A stretch of 52,688 nt of DNA. Source: a virus (Duplodnaviria > Heunggongvirae > Uroviricota > Caudoviricetes). The position numbers and the translations under genes are program-made. The stretch is from the IMG/VR virus record IMGVR_UViG_2531839667_000013; one strand, 5' to 3'. The notes beneath the pieces are model-generated. The model ran no database searches and was not told the origin of the DNA. It saw only the letters and a program-made list of their open reading frames with translations. Shown here in pieces: positions 9,369-18,165 of the stretch (positions within the stretch are counted from its first letter, which is position 1; each line of letters begins with the position of its first letter).

Positions 9369-9566
9369 ATGCTGAAACAGCAGGATATGACAGAAACCGC
9401 CAGAGTGGTGTTTAATGAATTAAGCGTTACCGACCCGGCGACAGTCGGGGAGATTGCGCAGAATACTTACCTTTCACGCGAACGCTGCCAGTTAATACTG
9501 ACCCAGCTGGTTATGGCGGGTCTGGCAGACTATCAGTTTGGTTGTTACAGACGCCTTCAGTCCTGA
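9369..9566 (+). CDS. Small hypothetical protein (65 aa)
   Basis: ATG with AAGGG RBS; followed by terminator at 9553-9578; no recognised domain. Confidence 0.4.
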   Translation: MLKQQDMTETARVVFNELSVTDPATVGEIAQNTYLSRERCQLILTQLVMAGLADYQFGCYRRLQS

Positions 9567-9578
9567 AGGCTTTTTTAT
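9553..9578 (+). terminator. Rho-independent terminator
   Basis: GCCTTCAG-TC-CTGAAGGC followed by TTTTTTAT. Confidence 0.6.
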
Positions 9579-9716
9579 TTGTGGTAAATGGGCGGCTGGT
9601 GGGTGTAAGGGGCACCCACCAGCCATCTGCTCATGCGTTGGGTTCACAAGCAAACCTCAGGCCCACTGCTTTGCGCAAAAGCAGAATGAGCCTATCAGAG
9701 ACAGGCTTAATGATCC

Positions 9717-10766
9717 ATGCTTAATACTGTAAAAATATCCAGTTGTGAGTTAATCAACGCCGACTGCCTGGAATTTATGCGGTCGTTACCCGAAAATTCT
9801 GTTGACCTGATAGTCACGGACCCGCCGTACTTCAAAGTGAAACCCGAGGGCTGGGATAACCAGTGGGCGGGTGATGAAGATTACCTGAAGTGGCTGGACC
9901 AGTGTCTTGCGCAGTTCTGGCGGGTGCTGAAACCTGCCGGAAGTCTTTACCTGTTCTGTGGCCATCGTCTGGCATCTGACACCGAAATCATGATGCGTGA
10001 GCGGTTTAACGTGCTGAACCATATCATCTGGGCAAAGCCGTCCGGACGCTGGAACGGGTGCAACAAGGAAAGCCTGCGGGCGTATTTCCCCGCCACAGAG
10101 CGCATTCTGTTCGCAGAGCATTATCAGGGGCCGTATCGTCCGAAAGATGCCGGGTATGAGGCGAAGGGTAGGGCACTGAAACAGCATGTGATGGCCCCGC
10201 TGATTGCTTACTTTCGTGATGCGCGCGCTGTCCTGGGGATAACGGCAAAACAGATTGCAGATGCCACAGGAAAGAAAAACATGGTGTCGCACTGGTTCAG
10301 TGCCGGTCAGTGGCAGCTGCCGAACGAAAGCGATTATCTGAAATTACAGGCACTGTTTGCCCGGGTGGCAGAAGAGAAGCATCAGCGGGGTGAACTGGAA
10401 AAGCCCCACCACCAGCTGGTGGATACGTATGCCTCTCTGAACCGACAGTATGCGGAGCTGCAGAGTGAATATAAGCATCTGCGGCGGTATTTTGGTGTGA
10501 CGGCGCAGGTGCCGTACACGGATGTGTGGACACATAAACCGGTGCAGTTCTATCCCGGGAAACATCCGTGCGAAAAACCGGCAGAAATGCTGCAGCAGAT
10601 AATCAGCGCAAGCAGTCGTCCGGGTGACCTGGTTGCAGATTTTTTTATGGGCTCAGGTTCAACGGTAAAAGCGGCACTGGCGCTCGGGCGTCGTGCAATT
10701 GGCGTTGAGCTGGAGACTGAACGTTTTGAGCAGACAGTCAGGGAAGTTCAGGATTTAATCGTTTGA
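9717..10766 (+). CDS. DNA N6-adenine methyltransferase (beta class)
   Basis: Motif IV DPPY (VTDPPYF) precedes motif I FFMGSGST near the C-terminus. Confidence 0.85.
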   Translation: MLNTVKISSCELINADCLEFMRSLPENSVDLIVTDPPYFKVKPEGWDNQWAGDEDYLKWLDQCLAQFWRVLKPAGSLYLFCGHRLASDTEIMMRERFNVLNHIIWAKPSGRWNGCNKESLRAYFPATERILFAEHYQGPYRPKDAGYEAKGRALKQHVMAPLIAYFRDARAVLGITAKQIADATGKKNMVSHWFSAGQWQLPNESDYLKLQALFARVAEEKHQRGELEKPHHQLVDTYASLNRQYAELQSEYKHLRRYFGVTAQVPYTDVWTHKPVQFYPGKHPCEKPAEMLQQIISASSRPGDLVADFFMGSGSTVKAALALGRRAIGVELETERFEQTVREVQDLIV

Positions 10767-10815
10767 AACGGATGAGATTGCAGAATTAATTTCGCACCAT
10801 TATTATTCTGGTCCC

Positions 10816-10891
10816 GGCCCTTTAGCTCAGTGGTGAGAGCGAGCGACTCATAATCGCCAGGTCGCTGGTTCAAATCCAGCAAGGGCCACCA
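10816..10891 (+). tRNA. tRNA-Ile (anticodon CAU, ileX/ileZ-like, lysidine type)
   Basis: Cloverleaf: acceptor GGCCCTT/AAGGGCC, anticodon loop CTCATAA, T-loop GGTTCAAATCC, 3' ACCA; close to recalled E. coli ileX. Confidence 0.85.
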
Positions 10892-10991
10892 TCACATACC
10901 GCCATTAGCTTATCAGGAAGAGCAGACGACACCATAACAGGGTTGTTGGTGCGGGGGCGGGTCCCCGATGGCGGTCCATTATCGGTATTCT

Positions 10992-11068
10992 GCGTTGTTA
11001 GCTCAGCCGGACAGAGCAATTGCCTTCTAAGCAATCGGTCACTGGTTCGACTCCACTACAACGCGCCA
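10992..11068 (+). tRNA. tRNA-Arg (anticodon UCU)
   Basis: Acceptor GCGTTGT/ACAACGC, anticodon loop CTTCTAA, T-loop GGTTCGACTCC, 3' GCCA. Confidence 0.85.
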
Positions 11069-11081
11069 CACTTATTTTCCA

Positions 11082-11106
11082 GGCTCGCTTCGGCGGGCCT
11101 TTTTTG
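11082..11106 (+). terminator. Rho-independent terminator after the tRNA genes
   Basis: GGCTCGC-TTCG-GCGGGCC followed by TTTTTTG. Confidence 0.6.
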
Positions 11107-11237
11107 TATCTGCGCCACGCCCGGTGCATATCAACCACAGAGCCTTTCGGGGGTGAGCTTACGGAGTGGTCAGTGTGACTTTCTCTGTGGGCAGATCGCT
11201 CCCGGGCGTTGGCTCACCCACCCAAAGGAACGTCACG

Positions 11238-11670
11238 ATGTTTGGTATTTTTGGTAAAAAAAGCCCGCAGAGCGGCAACGGAAATTAAAAAGTTTGAAAA
11301 ACGCGATCTGGCACAGGTGGTGATTAACGCCGCATACCTGGTGGCCTGTGCAGATGGTGAATGTGAGGCTTCCTAGAAAGCGAAGATCGAACAGGTACTG
11401 CGTAATCAGCCTGCGCTGTCCGCGTTTACGTCAGAAATTAATGCGATTAGCGCAACCATTATCGGTCAGCTGGATACGAACTTTAAAATTGGTCGTCGTG
11501 CGGCGTTACGTGAGATCGAGGATGTGAAACACGATACGCGTGAAGCGGAAGATGTGCTGGATGTGGCGGTGGCCATTGCGGAGGCAGACGGCGAAATTGA
11601 GCCGGAAGAGCGCAAGGTGCTGGAAGAGATTGCCGGTGTTCTGGGTCTTCGTCTGGAGAATCACCTGTGA
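11238..11670 (+). pseudogene. TerB-like (tellurite-resistance TerB domain) gene disrupted by a frameshift and an in-frame amber codon
   Basis: ATG 11238 with AAGGAA RBS reads MFGIFGKKSPQSGNGN then stops at 11286; the +1 frame continues with TerB-like repeats (VINAAYLVACADGECEAS, VAIAEADGEIEPEERKVLEEIAGVLGL) but carries TAG at 11374-11376; A7 run at 11256-11262 is the likely indel site. Confidence 0.55.
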
Positions 11671-11834
11671 CGGTAAAACTGCGCCTGACTGTGGCTGCAC
11701 TCCTGCTGTTTCTGGTGGTGATGGTGGATTTCACCAGCAGAATCATGTCGGTGCTGGCGGATGGGGTGCTGGTCTGCGGCATTGTGGTATTGCTGTGGCC
11801 GGTGATAAAAAGAAACAGCCTGCATAATGCTTGA
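11667..11834 (+). CDS. Small hydrophobic membrane protein (55 aa)
   Basis: GTG overlapping the TerB-like stop; TVKLRLTVAALLLFLVVMVDFTSRIMSVLADGVLVCGIVVLLWPVIKRNSLHNA has two predicted TM segments; below track cut-off. Confidence 0.3.
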   Translation: MTVKLRLTVAALLLFLVVMVDFTSRIMSVLADGVLVCGIVVLLWPVIKRNSLHNA

Positions 11835-12035
11835 TTTTTTTGTTTGCTGTTTATTAAAAACACTTCTGCATGGTGAATCCCCCTGTGCGGAGGGGCAATC
11901 AGCGAGTAGGTATATGGGATAATCGCGGATTCAGGTGCTGGTACTGAATTCACCGGGAGGCACCCGGCACCATGCTTTGCCACAAAAGTGTTATTTCTGT
12001 TTTTCTCAAACTATCATCGTTATCCCTTTATTTCC

Positions 12036-12063
12036 GGCTGCGCATGGCGCGGCCTTTTTTTTA
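12036..12063 (+). terminator. Rho-independent terminator upstream of nanS-p
   Basis: GGCTGCGC-ATG-GCGCGGCC followed by a T9 run. Confidence 0.55.
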
Positions 12064-12148
12064 CGACCAGCCACTGGCAGATGGTCATCCTGTGATTTGA
12101 TTCCGGTTCCGGCTTTTTAACTCTGTTCCTGTACACGGGAGAAATTCG

Positions 12149-13999
12149 ATGTCGATTAAACATTATGATGTTGTCAGGGCGGCGTCGCCGTCAGACCTTG
12201 CGGAAAAGCTGACACACAAACTGAAAGAGGGCTGGCAGCCGTTTGGTAGTCCGGTGGCCATAACCCCTTATACCCTGATGCAGGCGATTGCAGCAGAAGG
12301 TGATGTGGTGGTCAGTGGTGCAACTGAGCCGGATTGGTACTACGTCATCGTACTGGCCGGGCAGTCCAATGCAATGGCTTACGGGGAAGGGCTTCCGCTT
12401 CCGGATTCATACGATGCTCCGGATCCGCGCATTAAACAGCTGGCGCGCCGCAGTACAGTTACGCCGGGTGGGGCTGCCTGCAGATATAACGATATTATTC
12501 CGGCCGACCACTGCCTGCATGATGTGCAGGATATGAGTACGCTGAATCATCCGAAGGCAGACCTGAGCAAAGGGCAGTACGGCTGTGTCGGCCAGGGCTT
12601 ACATATTGCCAAAAAACTGCTTCCGTATATCCCGAATAACGCGGGGATCCTGCTGGTACCATGCTGTCGTGGTGGTTCTGCATTCACCCAGGGCGCTGAG
12701 GGGACATTCAGTGCGGACACGGGGGCCAGCCAGGATTCGGCACGCTGGGGTGTGGGTAAACCGTTATATCAGGACCTGATTGCGCGCACTAAAGCTGCAT
12801 TACAGAAGAACCCGAAAAATGTGTTGCTGGCGGTGTGCTGGATGCAGGGAGAGTTTGACATGAGCGCCGCCACCCACGCACAGCAACCTGCGCTGTTTAC
12901 AGCCATGCTGACACAGTTTCGTGCTGACCTCTCCGTGTTTAACGCGCAGTGCCATGGTGGCAGTGCTGCAGATGTGCCGTGGATTTGTGGTGACACGACG
13001 TATTACTGGAAAAATACCTACGGCACGCAGTACAACACCATTTACGGGGCGTACAAAAACAGGGAGAGTGAGGGCGTTTATTTTGTGCCCTTCATGACAG
13101 ACGGTAACGGCGTCAATACCGCCACTAACGCGCCGGCAGAAGATCCGGATATTCCGGCATCAGGATATTACGGTGCGGCATCGAGAACGAATGGAAACCA
13201 GGTATCATCAAACCGCCCGACACATTTCAGTTCATGGGCGCGCAGGAGCATTATTCCGGATCGTATGGCAACCGCTATTCTGAACGCAGCCGGGCGCACC
13301 TCAGCCTTCATCAGTGGTAAGGCACCGGAAATCAAACCCTCGCCCGGCGGCAACACGCCATCGGGTCCGTCTGCAGATACGTCCGTTCGCACAATCTCCC
13401 TGCTGCCGGCAGCCGGAGAGGCTGCTGCGCAGGGCTGGAGCATTAAGGATGGCGGAATTCAGTTGTCAGATGGTGTATTTAAGATCACCAAGCAGAGCAA
13501 TAAAACCTGGTCCCTGACGCATCCGGTGGATGACGCAATTACCCTGCTGACACAGGGCGGCAGACTGACCTGTAAGTTCCGCCTGTCAGGCGCACTGACC
13601 AACAATCAGTTCGGGCTGGGGATTTATCTGTATACGGATGCTCCCGTTCCTGATGGTGTGGCGATGACGGGTACCGGTAATCCGTTCCTGATGTCGTACT
13701 TCACTCAGACCACTGACGGCAGAGTGAATCTGATGCATCACAGGAAAGCCGGAAACACGAAGCTGGGGGAGTTCGGCGATTACGGTAACGACTGGCAGAC
13801 GCTGGAGCTGGTGTTCACCGCCGGCAGTGCCACGGTTACTCCGAAACTGAATGGAGTGGCTGGCCCGGCATTCCAGGTTATAAAAGACGGTCTGACACTG
13901 GGACTGAATGCGCTGACGCTGACGGATGTTACAAAAAATGCAGCGTATGGCGTTGAGATAGAAAGTCTGGTGCTGGAGATAAATGCACCGGCAGCATAA
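12149..13999 (+). CDS. Phage sialate O-acetylesterase NanS-p-like protein (DUF1737 N-terminus plus SASA esterase domain), 616 aa
   Basis: MSIKHYDVVRAASPSDLAEKL N-terminus and size/position (between Q/tRNA region and lysis cassette) as for NanS-p of Stx phages; GQSN motif in VIVLAGQSNAMAYGEG. Confidence 0.8.
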   Translation: MSIKHYDVVRAASPSDLAEKLTHKLKEGWQPFGSPVAITPYTLMQAIAAEGDVVVSGATEPDWYYVIVLAGQSNAMAYGEGLPLPDSYDAPDPRIKQLARRSTVTPGGAACRYNDIIPADHCLHDVQDMSTLNHPKADLSKGQYGCVGQGLHIAKKLLPYIPNNAGILLVPCCRGGSAFTQGAEGTFSADTGASQDSARWGVGKPLYQDLIARTKAALQKNPKNVLLAVCWMQGEFDMSAATHAQQPALFTAMLTQFRADLSVFNAQCHGGSAADVPWICGDTTYYWKNTYGTQYNTIYGAYKNRESEGVYFVPFMTDGNGVNTATNAPAEDPDIPASGYYGAASRTNGNQVSSNRPTHFSSWARRSIIPDRMATAILNAAGRTSAFISGKAPEIKPSPGGNTPSGPSADTSVRTISLLPAAGEAAAQGWSIKDGGIQLSDGVFKITKQSNKTWSLTHPVDDAITLLTQGGRLTCKFRLSGALTNNQFGLGIYLYTDAPVPDGVAMTGTGNPFLMSYFTQTTDGRVNLMHHRKAGNTKLGEFGDYGNDWQTLELVFTAGSATVTPKLNGVAGPAFQVIKDGLTLGLNALTLTDVTKNAAYGVEIESLVLEINAPAA

Positions 14000-14446
14000 T
14001 AAAAAAAGAGCCAGCGACTGACCTGAAAGAAGACGCTGGCTAAAAGGCCTTATATGTTTGTAGAGACTTATTTTTCACAGACAGCAATGATGCCTGTCAA
14101 TATATTATCAATATGCGGATTGTTTCAGTTACAGATGCTTTATTAAGGAAAAAAACAGCCAGCACTGACTTTCGGTGGAGAGGTGCTGGCTCAGAAGGAT
14201 AGTTGGATTTCACATGATACTTATGCCTGGCGGTATATTTTCTGACAGACAGTGACGGGTGTTGTCAAGATATTGTGTCATTTATAACCTGAATCAGGGG
14301 AGGCCGGAATGTTATCTGGCATTTTTAGCAGAGCCTGAATGCCATAATCACGGCTCCCGGAGTTGGCCGTCAGTGGGTGACACTGGCGGTTTTTTTGTTT
14401 TTCTTTACTTTCATTTTCTGTCGGCGGTGACGGAGACATACATCAG

Positions 14447-14653
14447 ATGGAAAAAATCACAACGGGTGTGTCATACACCACGTCAGCGGTGGGGACGGGA
14501 TACTGGTTACTGCAGCTGCTGGACAAAGTCTCTCCGTCCCAGTGGGTGGCAATCGGTGTGCTGGGGAGTCTGCTGTTTGGCCTGCTGACGTATCTGACTA
14601 ACCTTTATTTCAAGATTAAAGAAGATAAGCGTAAGGTGGCGCGGGGAGAGTAG
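14447..14653 (+). CDS. Class II holin (phage 21 S21-type pinholin)
   Basis: [68 protein letters not shown] closely matches recalled S21. Confidence 0.85.
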   Translation: MEKITTGVSYTTSAVGTGYWLLQLLDKVSPSQWVAIGVLGSLLFGLLTYLTNLYFKIKEDKRKVARGE

Positions 14654-14908
14654 TCGATGAATAAACAATACGAACTGGTTGTAAAATGAATATTTCTAAC
14701 TGAAAAAACGTTCCATGAGGTAAGAAAAGGTCACAGGCAATCAATAACAGGACGTGATGAAAGACCCTTGCATTTGTGCGCTTTCTCTTTAGATAGCAGC
14801 AGATACTGAAAATCTGAGTTGTCGGGGAGTCAGGGATACAGCTGTGCAAGAGTTGGTCATTGTGATTCCATTGAAATCCTGTATGCCATGAAGGGCAGGA
14901 TTTTATGG

Positions 14909-15223
14909 CTACCTGAGCTTTGGTGATAGTAAGTTGAAAATTCGCATTTTTTGCTGACATGCGTAACGAGAATCCCATAAGCAGGGAGGACTTAATTCTT
15001 CATTAACCCATGCGTTGATATTATGTTTCAGCCGTTGAAGCATCAGCGGTGTTAATGTTGTGGTAATAATATCCAGCGTTTTATGTGAGATCTTACCGTA
15101 AGGGTCTGCAAGAATGCTGCTTGTTGCTTCGTTATTATCTGCCATCAGAAGAAGTAACTCTGATTTAACGTTTTCTGTCATTAGTTGTAAAAATCTTCTG
15201 CGCAAACTTTCTTTACTGTTCAT
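14909..15223 (-). CDS. YdfR-like (DUF1327-type) protein inserted between holin and endolysin, opposite strand
   Basis: 104-aa minus-strand ORF in an AT-rich insert; same position and size as Qin ydfR (103 aa); the call rests on position and length, not sequence identity. Confidence 0.4.
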   Translation of the reverse strand: MNSKESLRRRFLQLMTENVKSELLLLMADNNEATSSILADPYGKISHKTLDIITTTLTPLMLQRLKHNINAWVNEELSPPCLWDSRYACQQKMRIFNLLSPKLR

Positions 15224-15340
15224 TTATATGGCTTCATTTGTTGTAATCTGCTGCGTCTCAAGGGATATGTTTATGAGAGCGACCATGAGTGTTGGATTAT
15301 ATACCTAACATATCAAGGGATTAGAAATCGATAAATCCCC

Positions 15341-15874
15341 ATGAACGAAAAAATAAAATACGGCCTGTCGGCTGCCGTTCTGGCGCTGATTGGTGCAGGT
15401 GCTTCTGCGCCTGAAATCCTCGACCAGTTTCTGGATGAAAAGGAAGGTAACCACACCACGGCATACCGTGATGGTGCGGGGATCTGGACCATCTGCCGTG
15501 GTGCCATTCTGGTGGATGGTAAGCCTGTTATTCCTGGCATGAAGCTGTCAAAGGAAAAATGCGACCGGGTTAATGCCATCGAACGTGACAAGGCTCTGGC
15601 ATGGGTGGAGAAAAACATCCGGGTGCCGCTGACCGAACCCCAGAAAGCGGGGATCGCGTCATTCTGTCCGTACAACATTGGCCCCGGTAAGTGCTTCCCG
15701 TCGACGTTTTATAAACGAATTAATGCAGGCGATCGAAAAGGTGCCTGTGAGGCGATTCGCTGGTGGATTAAGGACGGTGGCAGAGACTGCCGTATCCGTT
15801 CAAATAATTGCTACGGTCAGGTCTCACGGCGTGACCAGGAGAGCGCGCTGGCGTGCTGGGACATCGACAGATAG
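15341..15874 (+). CDS. SAR endolysin (GH24 lysozyme with N-terminal signal-anchor-release domain)
   Basis: N-terminal hydrophobic SAR segment GLSAAVLALIGAGASA; lysozyme motifs EGNHTTAYRDGAGIWTICRG. Confidence 0.9.
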   Translation: MNEKIKYGLSAAVLALIGAGASAPEILDQFLDEKEGNHTTAYRDGAGIWTICRGAILVDGKPVIPGMKLSKEKCDRVNAIERDKALAWVEKNIRVPLTEPQKAGIASFCPYNIGPGKCFPSTFYKRINAGDRKGACEAIRWWIKDGGRDCRIRSNNCYGQVSRRDQESALACWDIDR

Positions 15875-16209
15875 CAGAATATTTTCCTGAAAAATGACGT
15901 TGGCCAACGCGGGTGGATAACACGAAATCCTGAAAACTGGTAAAACCTAAGTGAATAAAAGTAAAAACCCCGTTTGTTGGCAGCAAGCGGGGTTTTGTGT
16001 TTTCTGACCTTGAGTAAGGCAAGGGAGAAATTATGGGTAGGGAGGTACTTTCCCTATGAGGAAGTATAAAAGATTCTTTCTGAGGTTGTCCATTATGAAA
16101 GGCATTGAAGTGGAGACGCCAGCCAGTCTGGATTTAACAAGAGCGGCAGCTTTTGCCATTCGTATTGTGGCCATTGCTGTTCTGGTCTGGGCAATCCGTT
16201 GGTGGTGAT

Positions 16210-16677
16210 ATGAACCGTGTTCTGTGCGTGGTTATCATTGTCCTGCTGGTGGCCTGTGGTGCGCTTAGTCTGGGGCTGAATCATTACCGTGATCACGCCA
16301 TCATCTACAAAGAGCAGCGCGATAAAAAAGCCAGTGAGCTGGAGCTGGCGAACGCGACAATTACTGATATGCAGATACGCCAGCGTGATGTCGCTGCACT
16401 TGATGCCAGATACTCGAGGGAATTAGCCGATGCGAGAGCTGAAAATGAAACTCTGCGTGCTGATGTTGCCGCTGGTCGTAAGCGCCTGCGGATCAACGCC
16501 ACCTGCTCCGGTACCGTGCGTGAAGCCACCGGCACCTCCGGCGTGGATAATGCAACCGGCCCCCGACTGGCAGACACCGCTGAACGGGATTATTTCATCC
16601 TCAGAGAACGGCTGATGGCAATGCAGAAGCAACTGGAAGGAGCACAGGAATATATCCGTACCCAGTGTATACCGTGA
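16210..16677 (+). CDS. Spanin inner-membrane subunit Rz
   Basis: MNRVLCVVIIVLLVACGALSLGLNHYRDHAIIYKEQRDK... near-collinear with recalled lambda Rz. Confidence 0.85.
   Translation: MNRVLCVVIIVLLVACGALSLGLNHYRDHAIIYKEQRDKKASELELANATITDMQIRQRDVAALDARYSRELADARAENETLRADVAAGRKRLRINATCSGTVREATGTSGVDNATGPRLADTAERDYFILRERLMAMQKQLEGAQEYIRTQCIP
16445..16615 (+). CDS. Spanin outer-membrane lipoprotein Rz1, embedded in Rz in the +1 frame
   Basis: MKLCVLMLPLVVSACGSTPPAP... lipobox VVSAC, proline-rich; nested in Rz. Confidence 0.8.
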   Translation: MKLCVLMLPLVVSACGSTPPAPVPCVKPPAPPAWIMQPAPDWQTPLNGIISSSENG

Positions 16678-17142
16678 TGTTTTGTTATGAAGGTGTTACT
16701 GGTAACGTTAAGGTAATTTAACAAAGAGTCAGTTCCGGACTTTATAGTGTGCTCAGTTCATGGCCAAAAACGATTTCTGTGATAAATATTTTGAATATTA
16801 TTTACAGGTAAATGGAGTGGGGCACATGGATAGAAATATTACAATAGAGAATGAAGTATATGCCCGTATTGTATGGGCAGAGAAGGCAAAAACACGGTAA
16901 TTCCGTGTGTTGCCATGATACCTGATTGGCAGAATAGTTGTTTGGTTTTGAGTATATAGTCAGCGTTTTTTGTTCAGTAATTGCTCCCTCAAAAAATAAT
17001 AAAATAAGGTGATTATTTTTGTTTATTATTTAGTTTTTTTTGTGTGTTGTTTTATTGTTTTTGCGTGGTTTGTTTTTTATTGTTATTTCATTAAGGGAAG
17101 GTAAATTCAGGATGGCAGTCTGTAGATAATCGGAGGTCACTT

Positions 17143-17457
17143 ATGCTACATGATCACGTGGCAGAATGTCTGGAGAAAAAAGGACTGTACCGGAGAGCAG
17201 CTGAACGATGGGCAAAAGTGATGGTACAGCTAAGTGATGACCAGAAAAGAAAAGTGGCGGCACAGAAACGAGCAGAGTGTTTGCGTAAGGCGCGCCGGAC
17301 TCCGGTTTCACCGGTGAACCTGACCGAAATAAAACAAGCGGTCAACAGACTACATTCTGAGTTGGGAATGGGATTTGAAGAGCGGCGGGTATTCCGACGA
17401 TATAAAGGGACAGGAGAACAGAATACGTCCGGAAACGCGCGGTCAAAAAAATGCTAA
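17143..17457 (+). CDS. Small regulator, possibly ANR (AraC negative regulator) family
   Basis: GGAGG RBS; helical N-terminal segment RRAAERWAKVMVQLSDDQKRKVAAQKRAECLRKA resembles the ANR two-helix pattern as recalled; preceded by an unusual T/G-rich tract. Confidence 0.35.
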   Translation: MLHDHVAECLEKKGLYRRAAERWAKVMVQLSDDQKRKVAAQKRAECLRKARRTPVSPVNLTEIKQAVNRLHSELGMGFEERRVFRRYKGTGEQNTSGNARSKKC

Positions 17458-17538
17458 AAAATATCTGAGAGAGTTATTGCCTGTTACCATAAGAAAAAGC
17501 GACTTTAGTGGTCGCTTTTTGTGTCATATATAAGTCGT

Positions 17539-17763
17539 TTAAGTAAACCTGTCTGAACAGGTGCTCTGGTCGTGTTTGTCTTTGTTGGGTACAAATTGAG
17601 AATATTTTTCATTAATTAATCTTCTTCTGCAGGCTTCAATAACCCACGCTGAAAAATTACCTGAACCTTTCAGGTCAAGAGCGATGTTAATTTGTTCAAT
17701 TATCTGGTTTGGAAATCGGATGTTGCGGGTTGTTGTTCTGCGGGTTCTGTTCTTTGATGACAT
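17539..17763 (-). CDS. Ribbon-helix-helix (CopG/Arc-like) DNA-binding protein
   Basis: IRFPNQIIEQINIALDLKGSGNFSAWVIEACRRRL has beta-strand/helix/helix RHH layout; no adjacent partner gene. Confidence 0.4.
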   Translation of the reverse strand: MSSKNRTRRTTTRNIRFPNQIIEQINIALDLKGSGNFSAWVIEACRRRLINEKYSQFVPNKDKHDQSTCSDRFT

Positions 17764-17970
17764 AATGTTGCCCCGTATTCAGTGTTGCTGATTTGTATTA
17801 TCTGAAGTTGCTTTTACGCTAATTTGATGCAGATCAATTAATACGATACCTGCGTAATAATTGATTATTTCTCGTGGTTTGATGGCGTACACACATGTCG
17901 TGATAAACCTCATGTAGATGATAATTATTATCATTTTCGTGGGTCCTTTCCGGCGATCCGACAGGTTACG

Positions 17971-18130
17971 GGGCGGCGACCTCGCGGGTTTTCGCTATTT
18001 ATGAAAATTTTCCGGGATCCATGTCCGGTTTCTCTTCAAGTTAACTATATGAAAAATATAAAAACAGGTCTTCTGTGAACCGGACATGAACAAAAAACAG
18101 ACATGTAAACCGGACATGACCGGTTTTGTT
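17971..18130. other. cos site: cosN cohesive end GGGCGGCGACCT (17971-17982) plus cosB with repeated CCGGACATGA terminase-binding-like elements
   Basis: GGGCGGCGACCTCGCGGGTTTTCGCTATTTATGAAAATTTTCCGG is identical to the recalled left end of phage lambda; lies just upstream of Nu1. Confidence 0.85.
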
Positions 18131-18165
18131 GTGATTGTGAGGTGAGAGTTTTTGCGAGGTGAGGA

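Noticed and set aside
10892-10991. Possible third tRNA between tRNA-Ile and tRNA-Arg, as in some Stx phages
   Set aside because: No acceptor-stem or T-loop (GGTTCNANTCC) pattern could be folded from this 100-nt spacer
10943-11257. 104-aa plus-strand ORF
   Set aside because: Runs through the tRNA-Arg gene and its terminator; no RBS
11483-11983. 166-aa minus-strand ORF opposite the TerB-like region
   Set aside because: Overlaps the TerB-like reading frames, which have recognisable domain repeats; Pro/Ser-rich low-complexity translation
11100-12148. Possible Shiga toxin genes after the phage tRNAs
   Set aside because: No ORF here resembles StxA (about 315 aa) or StxB (about 89 aa); the slot holds only the TerB-like remnant and a small membrane ORF
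14616-14978. 120-aa minus-strand ORF overlapping the holin 3' end
   Set aside because: Overlaps the conserved S21 holin and the intergenic repeat; low-complexity translation
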